Of a stretch of DNA of 62,075 nt, positions 1 through 10,526 are shown one piece after another. A program made the position numbers and the translations under genes. Location: positions 1-62,075 of the forward strand of contig JBAXAI010000022.1 in assembly GCA_037142615.1 (NCBI GenBank). Reading direction: 5' to 3'. The stretch comes from Spirochaetales bacterium. Lineage in GTDB: Bacteria > Spirochaetota > Spirochaetia > JABEVK01. A model generated the notes under the pieces. That model made no database searches. It had not been told where the DNA came from and saw only the letters and a program-made list of their open reading frames with translations. Within the stretch, counting starts at the first letter, position 1. Every line of letters starts with the position of its first letter.

Positions 1-1139
1 GGGTAGAAGCCCAAACCCTCCTCGGTGAGACCAAACTTGGGCAAGGTGTCTTGCAGCATGGCGTAGTCGTTGATGCGGCGGCTTCCCGACGTGATTTCGA
101 GGCCCCGGAAGATCAGGTCGAAGGCCAAAGTCTTGGTGCCGTCGGCGGAAGGGTAGGAATACCAAGCGCGTTTCTTCCGCGGCCAGTCATTGATGAACAC
201 GAGATCGACGCCCTGGGTCGCCAGAGCCCAGTCGCTCAAGGCCCGCTCGCCTTCCGGGTTGATCTCGAACACCTTTTTGCCGGTGGCCTTGGTGATGATG
301 TCCTTGGCCTCGTCGTGGCCGACGATGGGGGCTTTGAGCATGGCTCCCGGTGCGGGAACGCTGGCGCCCCACAGGTCCAGCAGCGCCTGGTCGTTTTTGC
401 CCACCTGGGTGAACACATGGTCGAGCAGGCGGGCCTCGAACTCCATAAGATCTTTGTCGCTGTCGATGAAGGCCATTTCAACGTCGAAACTGACGTATTC
501 GTTGACGTGGCGGGGTGTGTCGTGTTTTTCGGCGCGGTAGGCGTGGCTGATCTCGAACACCCGCTCGAGCCCGGTGCTGATCATGGCCTGCTTGTACAGC
601 TGCGGCGACTGCGCCAAGTAGACCTTGTTCTCGAAGTACTCGACGCTGAACAGGCCGGTTCCACCCTCGGCGCCGGTGCCCACCAGCTTGGTGGTTTTCA
701 TCTCGTAAAAGTCTTCGGCGCGCATGAAGTCGCTGAGGTATTTCAGGAGCGCGGATTGCAGCTGAAAAATCGCCCGCAACTTGGGCATGCGCAGGCTGAG
801 GTGGCGCTGGTCGAGCAGCACTTCCAGCGGGTACTTGTCGGGGTCCTGGTTGATCTGCACGGGAAGATTGCTATCGGCCCGCGACTCAACAGTGACTTGC
901 ACAGGGTGAATCTCGGCGCCGCCGGGGGCCTTTTCGTTGGCTTTTACCGTTCCGCGGATGGTCAGCACCGACTCGGGTGAGTAGTCGATTTTCTCGCTGA
1001 ACACCACCTGAACCATGCCGCTTCGATCGCGCAGAAGCACGAAATTGATCTGCCCCAATTCCCGCGTGCGGTGCACCCAGCCGCTGACGGTGATCTCGCG
1101 ATCCAGATGCTTTGGTACGTCCTGAGCCAGTGTGCGCAT
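1..1139 (-). CDS. aspS: Aspartate--tRNA(Asp/Asn) ligase, archaeal/non-discriminating type (3' end beyond window)
   Basis: Read manually (not in ORF track): MRTLAQDVPKHLDREITVSGWVHRTRELGQINFVLLRDRSG OB-fold, YLAQSPQLYKQ, YRAEKHDTPRHVNEY motif 2; GAGG RBS; close to gatCAB. Confidence 0.9.
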   Translation of the reverse strand, partial: MRTLAQDVPKHLDREITVSGWVHRTRELGQINFVLLRDRSGMVQVVFSEKIDYSPESVLTIRGTVKANEKAPGGAEIHPVQVTVESRADSNLPVQINQDPDKYPLEVLLDQRHLSLRMPKLRAIFQLQSALLKYLSDFMRAEDFYEMKTTKLVGTGAEGGTGLFSVEYFENKVYLAQSPQLYKQAMISTGLERVFEISHAYRAEKHDTPRHVNEYVSFDVEMAFIDSDKDLMEFEARLLDHVFTQVGKNDQALLDLWGASVPAPGAMLKAPIVGHDEAKDIITKATGKKVFEINPEGERALSDWALATQGVDLVFINDWPRKKRAWYSYPSADGTKTLAFDLIFRGLEITSGSRRINDYAMLQDTLPKFGLTEEGLGFY

Positions 1140-1171
1140 ACGGCTACCTCGTGGGGGGTGATGTTCCTGCC

Positions 1172-1200
1172 GTTGTACTGCTTTTCGGGCCTTTGAGCAA
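1172..1200 (-). promoter_or_regulatory. Putative sigma70 promoter of aspS
   Basis: Minus strand TTGCTC-17 nt-TACAAC upstream of the aspS RBS. Confidence 0.45.
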
Positions 1201-1255
1201 GGCAAAGCCTTGCTCAATGCTAGGCAAAGCCTTGCTCAATGCTAGGCAAAGCTTG
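1193..1255. repeat. 22-bp tandem repeat (about 2.5 copies) overlapping an 11-bp perfect inverted repeat
   Basis: AGGCAAAGCCTTGCTCAATGCT at 1200-1221 and 1222-1243, partial copy from 1244; hairpin TTGAGCAAGGC-AAA-GCCTTGCTCAA at 1193-1217. Confidence 0.9.
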
Positions 1256-1286
1256 ACGAGAACGAAGACGCACGCGACGCTAAAGT

Positions 1287-2051
1287 ATGGTCAAGTCGCA
1301 ACGCCACAAGTATGGCTTTTTCATCCATCCGCAGGTCAAAGAGGCCGAAGCCGTTGCCCGCCGTTATTGCGACGAGCTCGTACTTAGCTTCGGTGACGCG
1401 ATTGCTCCGGAACTCGGGTCGGTCGAGGTTCGCTGGCAATTCTCGATCGTCCGGGTAGACGACTCGGTGGTCTTTTCGGTGGAACATCGGCCCGAGCGCC
1501 TTCAATTGATCACCGACGACCAGAACGGGCCGGTACGTCAGGGCCTTCTGGAAGTCCTGGATTGGTGGAATGGCGAGACGATTTTGATCGCCCCTGAAGG
1601 CAAAGGCCTGGAATGGGACACCCACGCGCTGCCTAACGCCTGGTCAAACCCGTGGCAAGACGGACTCCAGCTCCAAACTATCACCCAATACCCCACTCGC
1701 CTGGGAAAGCGCGTGCTCGAGGAGTGGAATCCCGGCCTGGTGTACGTTCCGTTCGAGCTGCATTACACGCTGCCGACGCGGGAGGAAGAAGCCGCTGCCA
1801 TGAACCTTTGGCTGGAAAAGCAACACGTCACCGTCACCGAGGCGGTGGCTCTGCTCACACCCGAGCCGACCGGGCCCTGGTTCTTCGCGTTGCCGCAACG
1901 TTACCGTTCAGCCTTGGCGCCACTTTCAACCGGGCTGAAAGCCGTCGGTTCGCAGGAACAGGCCGAACTCGCCGCGCAGGAGTACCGTGGGCCATGCTTC
2001 TTGGTCGAACAGCACACCGGCAAAGTGCTGTCGCGGTGGGCGGAACGCTAG
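1287..2051 (+). CDS. Hypothetical protein (254 aa)
   Basis: Long ORF with protein-like composition that fills the gap between aspS and gatB; no motif recognised. Confidence 0.65.
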   Translation: MVKSQRHKYGFFIHPQVKEAEAVARRYCDELVLSFGDAIAPELGSVEVRWQFSIVRVDDSVVFSVEHRPERLQLITDDQNGPVRQGLLEVLDWWNGETILIAPEGKGLEWDTHALPNAWSNPWQDGLQLQTITQYPTRLGKRVLEEWNPGLVYVPFELHYTLPTREEEAAAMNLWLEKQHVTVTEAVALLTPEPTGPWFFALPQRYRSALAPLSTGLKAVGSQEQAELAAQEYRGPCFLVEQHTGKVLSRWAER

Positions 2052-2052
2052 C

Positions 2053-3489
2053 CTAGCCCAGTCGTTTTGCAAGCAGCGCGTTCACCAAGTCGGGGGCGGC
2101 CCGACCGCCGGTGGCCTTCATCACCTGACCAACCAGAAAGCCCTTTTGGCGGGCGTCGCCGGCTTTGACGGCCTCGACCACGGCCGGGTGAGCGGCGAAA
2201 ACGCCCTCGACAATGGGCGCGAGTTGGTCTTCGGTGGTAAGGGCTTCCAGGCCTTTTTCCTTGAGCAGGGCCTCGGGTTCCTTGTCTTCTTCAAACACGG
2301 CGACCAGAAGTGTTTTGGCGATCTTGCTGTGGATTCGGCCGCTGTCGAGCAATTTTTGCAACTGAGCGAGGCGGTCGGCCGTCAGCGGGCTGGCCTCGAG
2401 GGTCAGGCTGAAGTGGTTGAGTTCTTTCTGCACGTCGCCCATGAGCCAGTTCGCGATGGCAACCCCGGCCGCGTGGGGCACCCCGCCGGTCAACTGGGCA
2501 GCCCGTTCAAAGAACTCGGCGGTAAAGCGGTGGTCGGTGACAAAGTCGGCCTGCTCGCGGGTAAGGCCGAACTCGCGGGCCAGCCGCAGTTTGCGGGCCA
2601 AGGGCAGTTCCACCTGGGCAACTTCGATTCGCTTCAGGAAGGCGGCGTCGGGAACGAAGGGAGGAAGGTCGGGCTCGGGGAAGTACCGGTAGTCGAGACC
2701 GCCTTCCTTGGTGCGCATGGTCTCGGTAACGTCCCGGTTCTCGTTCCACAGGCGGGTTTCCTGGCTGACCTTGTTGCCGCCCTCGAGCACGGTGGCCTGG
2801 CGGCGGGTTTCGTACTCGATTGACTTTTTCACGAAACGGCTGGAGTTGAGGTTCTTGATCTCGACCTTGGTGCCCAAGCCGGCGCCGACGGTGTTGATCG
2901 ACACGTTGGTGTCGCACTTCATCGAGCCTTCTTCCATGTTGCCATCCGAAACACCCAGATAGCGGACCACGCGCTGGAAGGCGTGCAGAAACGCCTCGGC
3001 CTCTTCGCCGCTGTTCAGGTCGGGCTCGGTGACCACTTCGAGAAGGGAATAACCGGCGCGGTTGTAGTCGAGCAGGGTCATGTCGCCGGCATGAATCATC
3101 TTGCCGGCGTCTTCTTCCAGGTGCACATCGTGGATCCGGACTTTTTTGACCGAACCGTCCGGCAACGCGAACTCGATGGTGCCGTGCTGCCCCACCGGCT
3201 CGTGGAACTGCGTGATCTGATAGTTCTTGGGCATGTCGGGGTAGAAGTAGTTCTTGCGGTCAAACAGGGTGCGTTTTGACAGCTCGCAGTTCAGCGCGCG
3301 GCTCACGATGTAGGCCAGCTCGAGCGCGTGTTCGTTGAGCACGGGCAACACGCCCGGGTAGCCCATGCACACCGGGCAGACGTTGGTGTTGGGCTCGTCG
3401 CCGAAGTGGGCCTTGCAGCCGCAGAACACCTTGCTCTCGGTGTTCAGGTGAATGTGGATCTCGAGGCCGACGTGGGTCTGATACATCAT
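2053..3489 (-). CDS. gatB: Asp-tRNA(Asn)/Glu-tRNA(Gln) amidotransferase subunit B
   Basis: VGLEIHIHL, RKNYFYPDMPKNYQITQ, HLEEDAGK, YRYFPEPDLPP; ATGA overlap with gatA stop. Confidence 0.97.
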   Translation of the reverse strand: MMYQTHVGLEIHIHLNTESKVFCGCKAHFGDEPNTNVCPVCMGYPGVLPVLNEHALELAYIVSRALNCELSKRTLFDRKNYFYPDMPKNYQITQFHEPVGQHGTIEFALPDGSVKKVRIHDVHLEEDAGKMIHAGDMTLLDYNRAGYSLLEVVTEPDLNSGEEAEAFLHAFQRVVRYLGVSDGNMEEGSMKCDTNVSINTVGAGLGTKVEIKNLNSSRFVKKSIEYETRRQATVLEGGNKVSQETRLWNENRDVTETMRTKEGGLDYRYFPEPDLPPFVPDAAFLKRIEVAQVELPLARKLRLAREFGLTREQADFVTDHRFTAEFFERAAQLTGGVPHAAGVAIANWLMGDVQKELNHFSLTLEASPLTADRLAQLQKLLDSGRIHSKIAKTLLVAVFEEDKEPEALLKEKGLEALTTEDQLAPIVEGVFAAHPAVVEAVKAGDARQKGFLVGQVMKATGGRAAPDLVNALLAKRLG

Positions 3490-4859
3490 TTGCTCCAATC
3501 CAGGCTGGTTCCCGGACAGTCCGGAACGCCGACGACGGTGGCGAATCGGGCCGCCGCTTCGAACAGCCGCGCTTCTTCGAACGCCGGAGCGGTGAACTGC
3601 ATGCCCACCGGCAAGCCGTCCTCGACTGCAGCGGGGAAGCTCAGTGCGGGCACGCCGGTGAGGTTGGCCGTGACGGTGAACTTGTCGGCGAGCTTCTGCT
3701 GGTAGGGGGTCATCGACTTGTCGCCGTGCGCAAAGGCTCGGGTCGGGAAGGTTGGCGTGAGCAGCAAATCGGCTCGGTCGAACACCGTTTGCAGCTCGTT
3801 TCGAATGGCCGTGCGGACCTTTTGGGCCTTGGTGTAGTACTGGTCCTGAAAACCGGAGCGGAGCACATAGGTGCCGAGCATGATGCGGGTTTTTACCTCG
3901 TCGCCAAACCCTGCGGTGCGGCTCTTGCGGATGAGGTCCTCGGGGTTTTCGGCGTAAACGGGGCGCAGGCCGTAGCGGATGCCGTTGAAGCGGGCCAAGT
4001 TGGCGCTGGCCTCGGCGGTGGCGATGGTGTAATAGGCCGCCACCGCGTAGTCGAGGGTGCCCAAATGCACGGGAAGCAGGGTGTAGCCCAGGTCGCGCAG
4101 AGTTTTGAGCGTCGCCTGGTAGGCCTTTTCCACGGCTGGTTCCAAGTCGGTCAGGCCGTCGAGCACGGCGATTGTCTTCACTTGGCGCGTGTTGCCTGGC
4201 TCGGGGTCGAGGCTCGTCTGGTCATGTTCGTCGCGCCCTTTCATCAGGTCGTACACCTTTCGGGTGAGCTCGAGCGACTTGCTGGCGATGCCCATCACCT
4301 CGAGCGACGACGCGTAAGCGGTCATCCCGTAGCGGCTTACCGTACCGTAGGTCGGCTTGAGCCCGTACACGCCGCAAAAAGACGCCGGTTGGCGCACCGA
4401 ACCGCCGGTATCCGTGCCCAGCGCAAACGGAACCAACCCCGCAGCCACGGCCGCCGCGCTCCCGCCGGACGAACCACCGGCCACCCGGCTGACGTCCCAA
4501 GGGTTGTGGGTGGCGCCAAAGGCCGACTGCTCGTTCGACGACCCCATGCCGAACTCGTCGAGGTTGGTCTTGCCGATGACCGTAGCCCCAGCGGCCTCAA
4601 GGCGCGCAACGCCGGTCGCCGTGTACGGGCTGTTCAGACTTTCGAGCATTTTGGAGCCGCAGGTCAGGGGAAAGTCCTTGACGGCGATGTTGTCTTTGAC
4701 GGCGAACGGAAGGCCAGCCAAAGGACCAGCTCCTGCGGTCGCCGCTTCCGGCCGGAAGCTCAAAAAGCTGTGAACCTTCTGCTCCAGCGGCTTGGCGTAG
4801 GCCAGGTAGGCGGTCTTTTTGGCCGAGAACTGCTTCCAGCGGGTTTCAAGGGTATCCAT
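3486..4859 (-). CDS. gatA: Amidotransferase subunit A
   Basis: Amidase signature GKTNLDEFGMGSS, GGSSGGSAAAV, GTDTGGSVRQPAS. Confidence 0.97.
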   Translation of the reverse strand: MDTLETRWKQFSAKKTAYLAYAKPLEQKVHSFLSFRPEAATAGAGPLAGLPFAVKDNIAVKDFPLTCGSKMLESLNSPYTATGVARLEAAGATVIGKTNLDEFGMGSSNEQSAFGATHNPWDVSRVAGGSSGGSAAAVAAGLVPFALGTDTGGSVRQPASFCGVYGLKPTYGTVSRYGMTAYASSLEVMGIASKSLELTRKVYDLMKGRDEHDQTSLDPEPGNTRQVKTIAVLDGLTDLEPAVEKAYQATLKTLRDLGYTLLPVHLGTLDYAVAAYYTIATAEASANLARFNGIRYGLRPVYAENPEDLIRKSRTAGFGDEVKTRIMLGTYVLRSGFQDQYYTKAQKVRTAIRNELQTVFDRADLLLTPTFPTRAFAHGDKSMTPYQQKLADKFTVTANLTGVPALSFPAAVEDGLPVGMQFTAPAFEEARLFEAAARFATVVGVPDCPGTSLDWSK

Positions 4860-4868
4860 GGCAGGCTC

Positions 4869-5147
4869 CTAAAGCACGTTGGGGATGACGAGGAAGCGGT
4901 CTTCCAGCTCGGGCGACCGTTCTACCAAGGCATCGGCGAGGTGGCTCGGTTCGACCGAGTCCGGGCGCACACGATTGTCTTTCACGAGGGCGTGGGTGGT
5001 GGGCTCGAGCCCGGTGGTATCGAGTTCGTTCATTTTGCGGAAGTTGTCGAGCATCTGCGACACCGCGTCGCCAAGCTTCTGCAGATCGCCTTGTCCCAGC
5101 TCGATCTGCGCCAGGGCGGCCGTGGTTTCGAGTTCCTGAATGTCCAT
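4869..5147 (-). CDS. gatC: Amidotransferase subunit C
   Basis: 92 aa, LAQIEL, ELDTTGLEPTTH, FLVIPNVL; directly upstream of gatA. Confidence 0.93.
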   Translation of the reverse strand: MDIQELETTAALAQIELGQGDLQKLGDAVSQMLDNFRKMNELDTTGLEPTTHALVKDNRVRPDSVEPSHLADALVERSPELEDRFLVIPNVL

Positions 5148-5182
5148 AATGCCAGCATTAACTCAGGAAAGCGTCGCCGGTG

Positions 5183-7042
5183 TCAAGTTTCGGCGTCGGT
5201 TTCGAGCTTGAAGCGCGACAGAAGGCTGTCCATCCGGTGGGCGTTTTCCTGGTTGGTTTCGCCACCTTCCTGCACCTTGCGGGCCGATTCGACCAGGGTT
5301 TCCATGATGGTGCCCATTTGGTGCATCTGGTCCTTGGACTGGGTCGAAAGGCGGATCAAGATGCTCATGGCGTCTTCGATGTGCAGGATGCGGTCATTCA
5401 TTTCTCCGGAAGACGACCGGACGACCTCGGTGATCTCGACGAGGGCCCCAAGCGCTTCGAGAATCTGCACACCCGACTCGGAGAGTTGCTCCGTCACCTG
5501 GCGCATCTCGATCATGCCCTCAACCACCGTTTCGATGCTCGATAACATGCGCGAGAACAACAGACCCGTGCTGGTCGTCGCCTCGTGCGACGACTGAATG
5601 TAGGCCGAAATGTCACCCAGCGACCGGGTGATTTGCCCGGCAGAGGCCGAACTGGTCTCGGCCAGCTTGCGGATCTCGTCGGCAACCACGGCAAAACCCT
5701 TACCTGCACTGCCGGCTTGCGAAGCCTCGATCGCGGCGTTCATCGCCAGCAAATTGGTTTGGCCGGCGATGTCCTGGATGGCGGTGATCATTTCCATGAT
5801 GCCACCAGCCGCCGTGGCCGCCTTGGCGATGTGGCCCACGGCGTCGTCCATGTGCGTTTCGCCCTCTCGGGCCACTTCACGCAGGTCTACGGCGACTTCT
5901 TCGCGCTGACCGACCGACCGGGCGATGTTCTGAATCGAGGCAGAGATCTCTTCGATCGAGGCGGTCGATTCGGTGACGGCAGACGCCTGGTCCTGAATCA
6001 TGTTCGAGAGGTTCTGGAAGAACGCTTTGACCTCGCCGGTTGTCTCGTTGGTGAAGTTGACTTGAACATCAAGCTTGATCAGTTCGTCACCCACTTGCCT
6101 GGTTCCGTCGCGCACCGAGCCCAGCGCAGCGTACGTTTCCCGCGTGGAGCCAATGAGCAGGCGCGACAACTGCGTGTTGGTCTGCACGACGGCCCGGAAG
6201 GCGCCGAGCACTTCGGTGATGTTGTCGAGGTACTTGTTCAGGACGGTGCCCATCCGCCCGATTTCGTCGTTGCCTTTGATCTTCATGCGGTAGGTGAGGT
6301 CCCCATCGGCGGCCTTGGCCAGCCCGCGCTGAAACGAGTCGAGCGGGTCGAGGATGGCTCGGACGCCAAACCACGTGAGCAGGCCGAGCACCAGAACTCC
6401 CAAGGCGCCAAATAGGGCAAGGTTGCGCAGCCCCGTCGCGACGGTCGCTTGTGCTTCTCCCAGTGAAGCAATGACTTCAAACGCTCCGGGAATAAAACCA
6501 ACCTTCCAGCCTTCCTTGACGCCGCCGACAAGGTCGGTGCCGCCCACCGGGTCCCCATGGCAAATCAGGCATTCTTCGGTGAGCACGATAGGGCGAAAGT
6601 ACCTCAGGACCGGGCCATCCTGCCGGACGACCTCGGTGAGGTCGCTGTTTTGGAACTGCCGGATCACCTCAAGTTCGAGTGCCGTGGGCGTGTTGACTGG
6701 GTTCCGGGGCTGAATCTTAGGAACGCGCAGCTCAAACTGGCCGGCGATCGAGTTGCGCTTGGCGTTGTGAATGGCCGCGATGATGGGCACGTTCTCGATC
6801 AACTCGTCGCGGGTCGCGCCTCGGGCCTGCAAATCGGCGAACGAAACCAACAACCCGGATTTCAGTTTCTTGGCTGTCTCGTCGCGAACCGCTTCGGCAG
6901 ACTGAAGGTAAATGCGGCTCTTGTCGACGAGGGCCTTCTGGGTTGTCTCAATGAGTCCCGTCGTGTAAAGCCAGGTCACACCACCGGCGAACGCCACGAA
7001 CATGACGGCAAAAATGGCCAGAATCTTCAGTCGGATGCTCAT
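5183..7042 (-). CDS. Methyl-accepting chemotaxis protein with periplasmic DUF3365/Tll0287-like haem-c domain
   Basis: Two TM helices, PRNPVN...CLICHG (CxxCH), HAMP (NDEIG), signalling motif [38 protein letters not shown]; AGGAG RBS before ATG 7042. Confidence 0.9.
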   Translation of the reverse strand: MSIRLKILAIFAVMFVAFAGGVTWLYTTGLIETTQKALVDKSRIYLQSAEAVRDETAKKLKSGLLVSFADLQARGATRDELIENVPIIAAIHNAKRNSIAGQFELRVPKIQPRNPVNTPTALELEVIRQFQNSDLTEVVRQDGPVLRYFRPIVLTEECLICHGDPVGGTDLVGGVKEGWKVGFIPGAFEVIASLGEAQATVATGLRNLALFGALGVLVLGLLTWFGVRAILDPLDSFQRGLAKAADGDLTYRMKIKGNDEIGRMGTVLNKYLDNITEVLGAFRAVVQTNTQLSRLLIGSTRETYAALGSVRDGTRQVGDELIKLDVQVNFTNETTGEVKAFFQNLSNMIQDQASAVTESTASIEEISASIQNIARSVGQREEVAVDLREVAREGETHMDDAVGHIAKAATAAGGIMEMITAIQDIAGQTNLLAMNAAIEASQAGSAGKGFAVVADEIRKLAETSSASAGQITRSLGDISAYIQSSHEATTSTGLLFSRMLSSIETVVEGMIEMRQVTEQLSESGVQILEALGALVEITEVVRSSSGEMNDRILHIEDAMSILIRLSTQSKDQMHQMGTIMETLVESARKVQEGGETNQENAHRMDSLLSRFKLETDAET

Positions 7043-7050
7043 ATCCACTC

Positions 7051-7665
7051 CTAGAGAAACAGCGGGATCTTAAACACGTGGGCCACGCCGGTCAGCAAAA
7101 AGTCGACCCCGATGGCGGCGATGAAAATGTACATGATGCGGCTGACGACCATGCTGCCGAAACGACCGAGGATGCGGTTGATCCAAACGGCGCCACGAAA
7201 AATGATCCAGCAGATGACGAAAATGACCACAAGGGAAACCAGACTCACCACCGGGCCGTCACGGTCCAGAATCAGGATGGAAGTAACGATGGAGCCGGGT
7301 CCGACCAGCAACGGGATCGCCATGGGGACCACGCCCAGCTCGAGGATGTTGTCGGGTTTGGTCTCTTCGGCGTGACGATTGAGCAGCACCGTGTTCTGGA
7401 CGGCGATGATGGTCAGCAGGATTCCACCCGCGATGCGAAACTCGTCAATCGTGATTTGAAACACGTACTGCATGATCCAGCGACCGGTGAAGGTCAGCAC
7501 CAGCAGCGTTGTGAAGCCGGTAAACACCGTCAGGTTGAACAGCTTGCCCCGGGTCTTGGCGTCGAGGTCGCGGGTGATTTGCAGAAAGGCAGGCAAAACG
7601 CCGACGGGGTTGAGGATGGCGAAGAGCGCCAAAATGGCCGTTCCGATGAGGTTGAGGGAATCCAT
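7051..7665 (-). CDS. MarC family membrane protein
   Basis: [33 protein letters not shown]. Confidence 0.92.
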   Translation of the reverse strand: MDSLNLIGTAILALFAILNPVGVLPAFLQITRDLDAKTRGKLFNLTVFTGFTTLLVLTFTGRWIMQYVFQITIDEFRIAGGILLTIIAVQNTVLLNRHAEETKPDNILELGVVPMAIPLLVGPGSIVTSILILDRDGPVVSLVSLVVIFVICWIIFRGAVWINRILGRFGSMVVSRIMYIFIAAIGVDFLLTGVAHVFKIPLFL

Positions 7666-7687
7666 GTACTTCTGTTATAACCCTTCC
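7666..7687. promoter_or_regulatory. Palindromic -10 element shared by two divergent, probably leaderless genes
   Basis: GTTATAAC at 7674-7681 gives TATAAC on both strands, 6 and 8 nt before the two ATGs; no SD. Confidence 0.55.
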
Positions 7688-8605
7688 ATGCATCCGCAAC
7701 AACGCGAAAAGTATGAGGCCGACAAGCTGGCCAAGAAACTCCGCCACTGGACGGGTGACGCGGTTCACGATTTCAATATGATTGAAGCTGGCGACCGGAT
7801 CATGGTGTGCGTGTCGGGTGGCAAGGACAGCTTCGCGATGCTCGACCTTCTGATGAGCCTGCAGCGCAACGCACCCATCGACTTTGAACTGATCGCGGTC
7901 AATCTCGACCAGAAGCAGCCGGGGTTTCCAGCGCACATTCTGCCGGCCTATTTTGAGAAGCTCGGCGTACAGCACAAGATCGTCGAACGCGACACCTACA
8001 GCATCGTCAAGCGCCTGATTCCCGAGGGCGACACTACCTGCAGTCTTTGTTCGCGGTTGCGCCGGGGGATCTTGTACTCGACCGCCGACGAACTGGGATG
8101 CACCAAGATCGCCTTGGGCCATCACCGCGACGACCTGCTCGAAACCTTGTTCCTCAACATGTTCTACGGCGGCAAACTGAAGTCGATGCCGCCCAAGCTG
8201 GTCAGCGACGACGGCAAGCACATGGTGATCCGGCCCCTCGCCTACTGCAAGGAAAAGGACCTCGCGCGCTACGCGGCCATCAAAGAGTTCCCCATTATTC
8301 CGTGTGATCTGTGCGGCAGCCAGCCCAACCTGCAACGCAAGGTGATCAAGACCATGCTCGAGGAATGGGACCACAAGTTCCCCGGCAGCCGCGAGTCGAT
8401 GCTCAAGGCGCTGCAAAACGTGGTGCCCAGCCACCTGGCCGACCCGCGCCACTTCGACTTCGCCGGCTTGAAGACCCAGGCGACGCCTTTCGTCGGCGGC
8501 GACACCGCCTTCGATGAAGACTGCGCCGTCGCGGGCCTCAGGGAGTCGCTTGTGGCGTCAGGAGTGACCCCAGGGCAGTTCCGGCCGCTTGCGCCACGGC
8601 CTTGA
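7688..8605 (+). CDS. ttcA: tRNA 2-thiocytidine(32) synthetase
   Basis: PP-loop [33 protein letters not shown]; start set to MHPQQ. Confidence 0.95.
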   Translation: MHPQQREKYEADKLAKKLRHWTGDAVHDFNMIEAGDRIMVCVSGGKDSFAMLDLLMSLQRNAPIDFELIAVNLDQKQPGFPAHILPAYFEKLGVQHKIVERDTYSIVKRLIPEGDTTCSLCSRLRRGILYSTADELGCTKIALGHHRDDLLETLFLNMFYGGKLKSMPPKLVSDDGKHMVIRPLAYCKEKDLARYAAIKEFPIIPCDLCGSQPNLQRKVIKTMLEEWDHKFPGSRESMLKALQNVVPSHLADPRHFDFAGLKTQATPFVGGDTAFDEDCAVAGLRESLVASGVTPGQFRPLAPRP

Positions 8606-10046
8606 GGCTGCCGGCGCCCCACCACAACTGAAGCCGAGGGTTACCGTCGCTTTGCACTTGCAGCGAGGCCTGCAGGGCCGACGCCCCCGAGGCGGGTTTC
8701 AAAAGGCCTTCGAGCGGGTTGGTACCGTCCTGAAAGACCTTGGCCCAGGCTCCCGGGCTCGCGCTGGCCAACAGGCTCGCGGAGGCGGGAGGGGTCCCGT
8801 TCCACGGTCGGGCCACCCGGCCCGAGACCGTCAACGCATCGACGGCAGCCGACTCTTTGCCCGACGCAAAATAAACCTTGTCCTTGCCCCACGCAAAGTT
8901 GACCTGAAAGGGTCCCAGCGCCAGACGGGAGCGCACGCCCAGCGGACCGCCGGGCTGGTCTTGGTACACGAGCGGGGTGTCGGCGTCCATCGCGAACTGC
9001 AAGAAGTTCTTCTGGATAGCCCCCGACGCGATGAAGCTCTTGAGGGCCTGGCGCACCGCCTGGGGGTCCTTGGCCTCGAGCACGCCCGAAAACACGGGCT
9101 GAGGAGCCCCCGGTTCCAGGCCTGCGCTCAGGTTGACGGCCACCCGGGGCCCGATCAGGGCGCGCAGGTTCTTCAAATGCTGAACAAGCTGCTTGTCACC
9201 GACCGTTGCCCAAACCGGGTCTTCCGCAGCGGAGACCGGCGGCAGCGCGAGCCCCAGGCTGACCAGGGCGCTGTCGTCGAGCCAAAGCGCCCAGTCTTCC
9301 AGGTGGGTCGAAGTCGAAAGCAGCGCCAAGGAACTCTTCCAGGAGGAACCAGGCTTGAGGTCGGTTTCGAGCGTGACGCGAACCCCAGAGGCCCCGAGAC
9401 CGCCCGGTGCGGCGCCGGCAACGGTGGCGTACACGCCCAGACGCACGCCGTCGAGTTCCTTTTGGAGCGCGGGCAGGTACTTGAGTTCCTCGGTGAAGCC
9501 TTCGGGGAACACCATCGAGTCCATCACACCCTTCATTGACACGTATACCGAGATGCCTCGGCCTTCGGTCAGGCGTGCGCGCTTCAGTTCAAAGTACTTT
9601 CCGTCCGGCAGGGGCAAGGGTACTGCCGCCCCGGCGGTGGCAAGTACCGCCCAGTTTCCCAGCTGGCCACCAATTTGGTACGCAGTGAGGCCACCCTGCT
9701 TGCTCGCGAACGTCTGGAACTCGGCCACGTTTTTCGGCTCTTTGATCGGAAGGTACACCACGAGCGTGGGGACTCCGGCGTCTTCCGCTCCGGCGATCGG
9801 CAGCACGGCGGCGGCCATCGGGCGGCTCAGGTCCAAGGCTGCAAAAGGAAAGTCGCCAGGGAGTTGGGTGTCGGCCTGCCCGAGCGCTTTGGCGAGCACC
9901 GAGCCATCGGCCAGAACGTCCAGCGGGTGTTCGATGTACACCACGGCCATGGCATTGGAAGGGATCAGCGTCTCAAGAGCCGCTTCGGGGGCACACGACA
10001 CCAGAACAAGCAGGACCGCGACGGCCCCGAGCAGGATTTTGGACAT
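8538..10046 (-). CDS. Putative lipoprotein of unknown function (502 aa)
   Basis: [18 protein letters not shown] lipobox-like signal, AAGGAG RBS, TAGAAT upstream. Confidence 0.75.
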   Translation of the reverse strand: MSKILLGAVAVLLVLVSCAPEAALETLIPSNAMAVVYIEHPLDVLADGSVLAKALGQADTQLPGDFPFAALDLSRPMAAAVLPIAGAEDAGVPTLVVYLPIKEPKNVAEFQTFASKQGGLTAYQIGGQLGNWAVLATAGAAVPLPLPDGKYFELKRARLTEGRGISVYVSMKGVMDSMVFPEGFTEELKYLPALQKELDGVRLGVYATVAGAAPGGLGASGVRVTLETDLKPGSSWKSSLALLSTSTHLEDWALWLDDSALVSLGLALPPVSAAEDPVWATVGDKQLVQHLKNLRALIGPRVAVNLSAGLEPGAPQPVFSGVLEAKDPQAVRQALKSFIASGAIQKNFLQFAMDADTPLVYQDQPGGPLGVRSRLALGPFQVNFAWGKDKVYFASGKESAAVDALTVSGRVARPWNGTPPASASLLASASPGAWAKVFQDGTNPLEGLLKPASGASALQASLQVQSDGNPRLQLWWGAGSLKAVAQAAGTALGSLLTPQATP

Positions 10047-10103
10047 GGGTTCTCCTTGCCCTCCATTCTAGCCAACTCGGGCGAAAAAGGCGACATTGAA
10101 GGC

Positions 10104-10526
10104 ATGAAGGATGCCCGATCTGAGCTCGACGAGCTTCAATATTACGTGACGCAGCAGTGCGGCACCGAACCCCCGTTCCAAAATGCGTTCTGGGACCACC
10201 ATGAGCCAGGCCTGTACGTCGATGTCGTCACCGGCGAACCTCTTTTCAGTTCGCTCGACAAGTTCGACTCCGGTAGCGGTTGGCCCAGCTTCACCAAGCC
10301 CGCCAAACCGAGCGTCGTCATCGAAAAGCTCGACAAGAGCCACGGCATGGTCCGCCGCGAGGTCCGTTCGTCGGCTTCGCACCTGGGCCACGTGTTCGAC
10401 GACGGTCCGGGACCCGAGGGGCAGCGCTACTGCATCAACTCGGCGGCGCTGACGTTTGTCCCGGTGGCCGAGCTCAAGGCAAAAGGCTACGCCGAGTTTG
10501 TGCCGCTGTTCGAGGCGCACCGCTGA
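10104..10526 (+). CDS. msrB: Peptide-methionine (R)-S-oxide reductase
   Basis: [36 protein letters not shown]. Confidence 0.96.
   Translation: MKDARSELDELQYYVTQQCGTEPPFQNAFWDHHEPGLYVDVVTGEPLFSSLDKFDSGSGWPSFTKPAKPSVVIEKLDKSHGMVRREVRSSASHLGHVFDDGPGPEGQRYCINSAALTFVPVAELKAKGYAEFVPLFEAHR

Noticed and set aside
51-980. 309-aa + strand ORF and many other long antisense ORFs (e.g. 3726-5597, 22355-23584, 26778-28241, 34987-36465)
   Set aside because: They are shadows of well-supported genes on the opposite strand, as expected in high-GC DNA
1193-1255. 22-bp repeats as a CRISPR array
   Set aside because: The copies are contiguous with no spacers, and there are no cas genes
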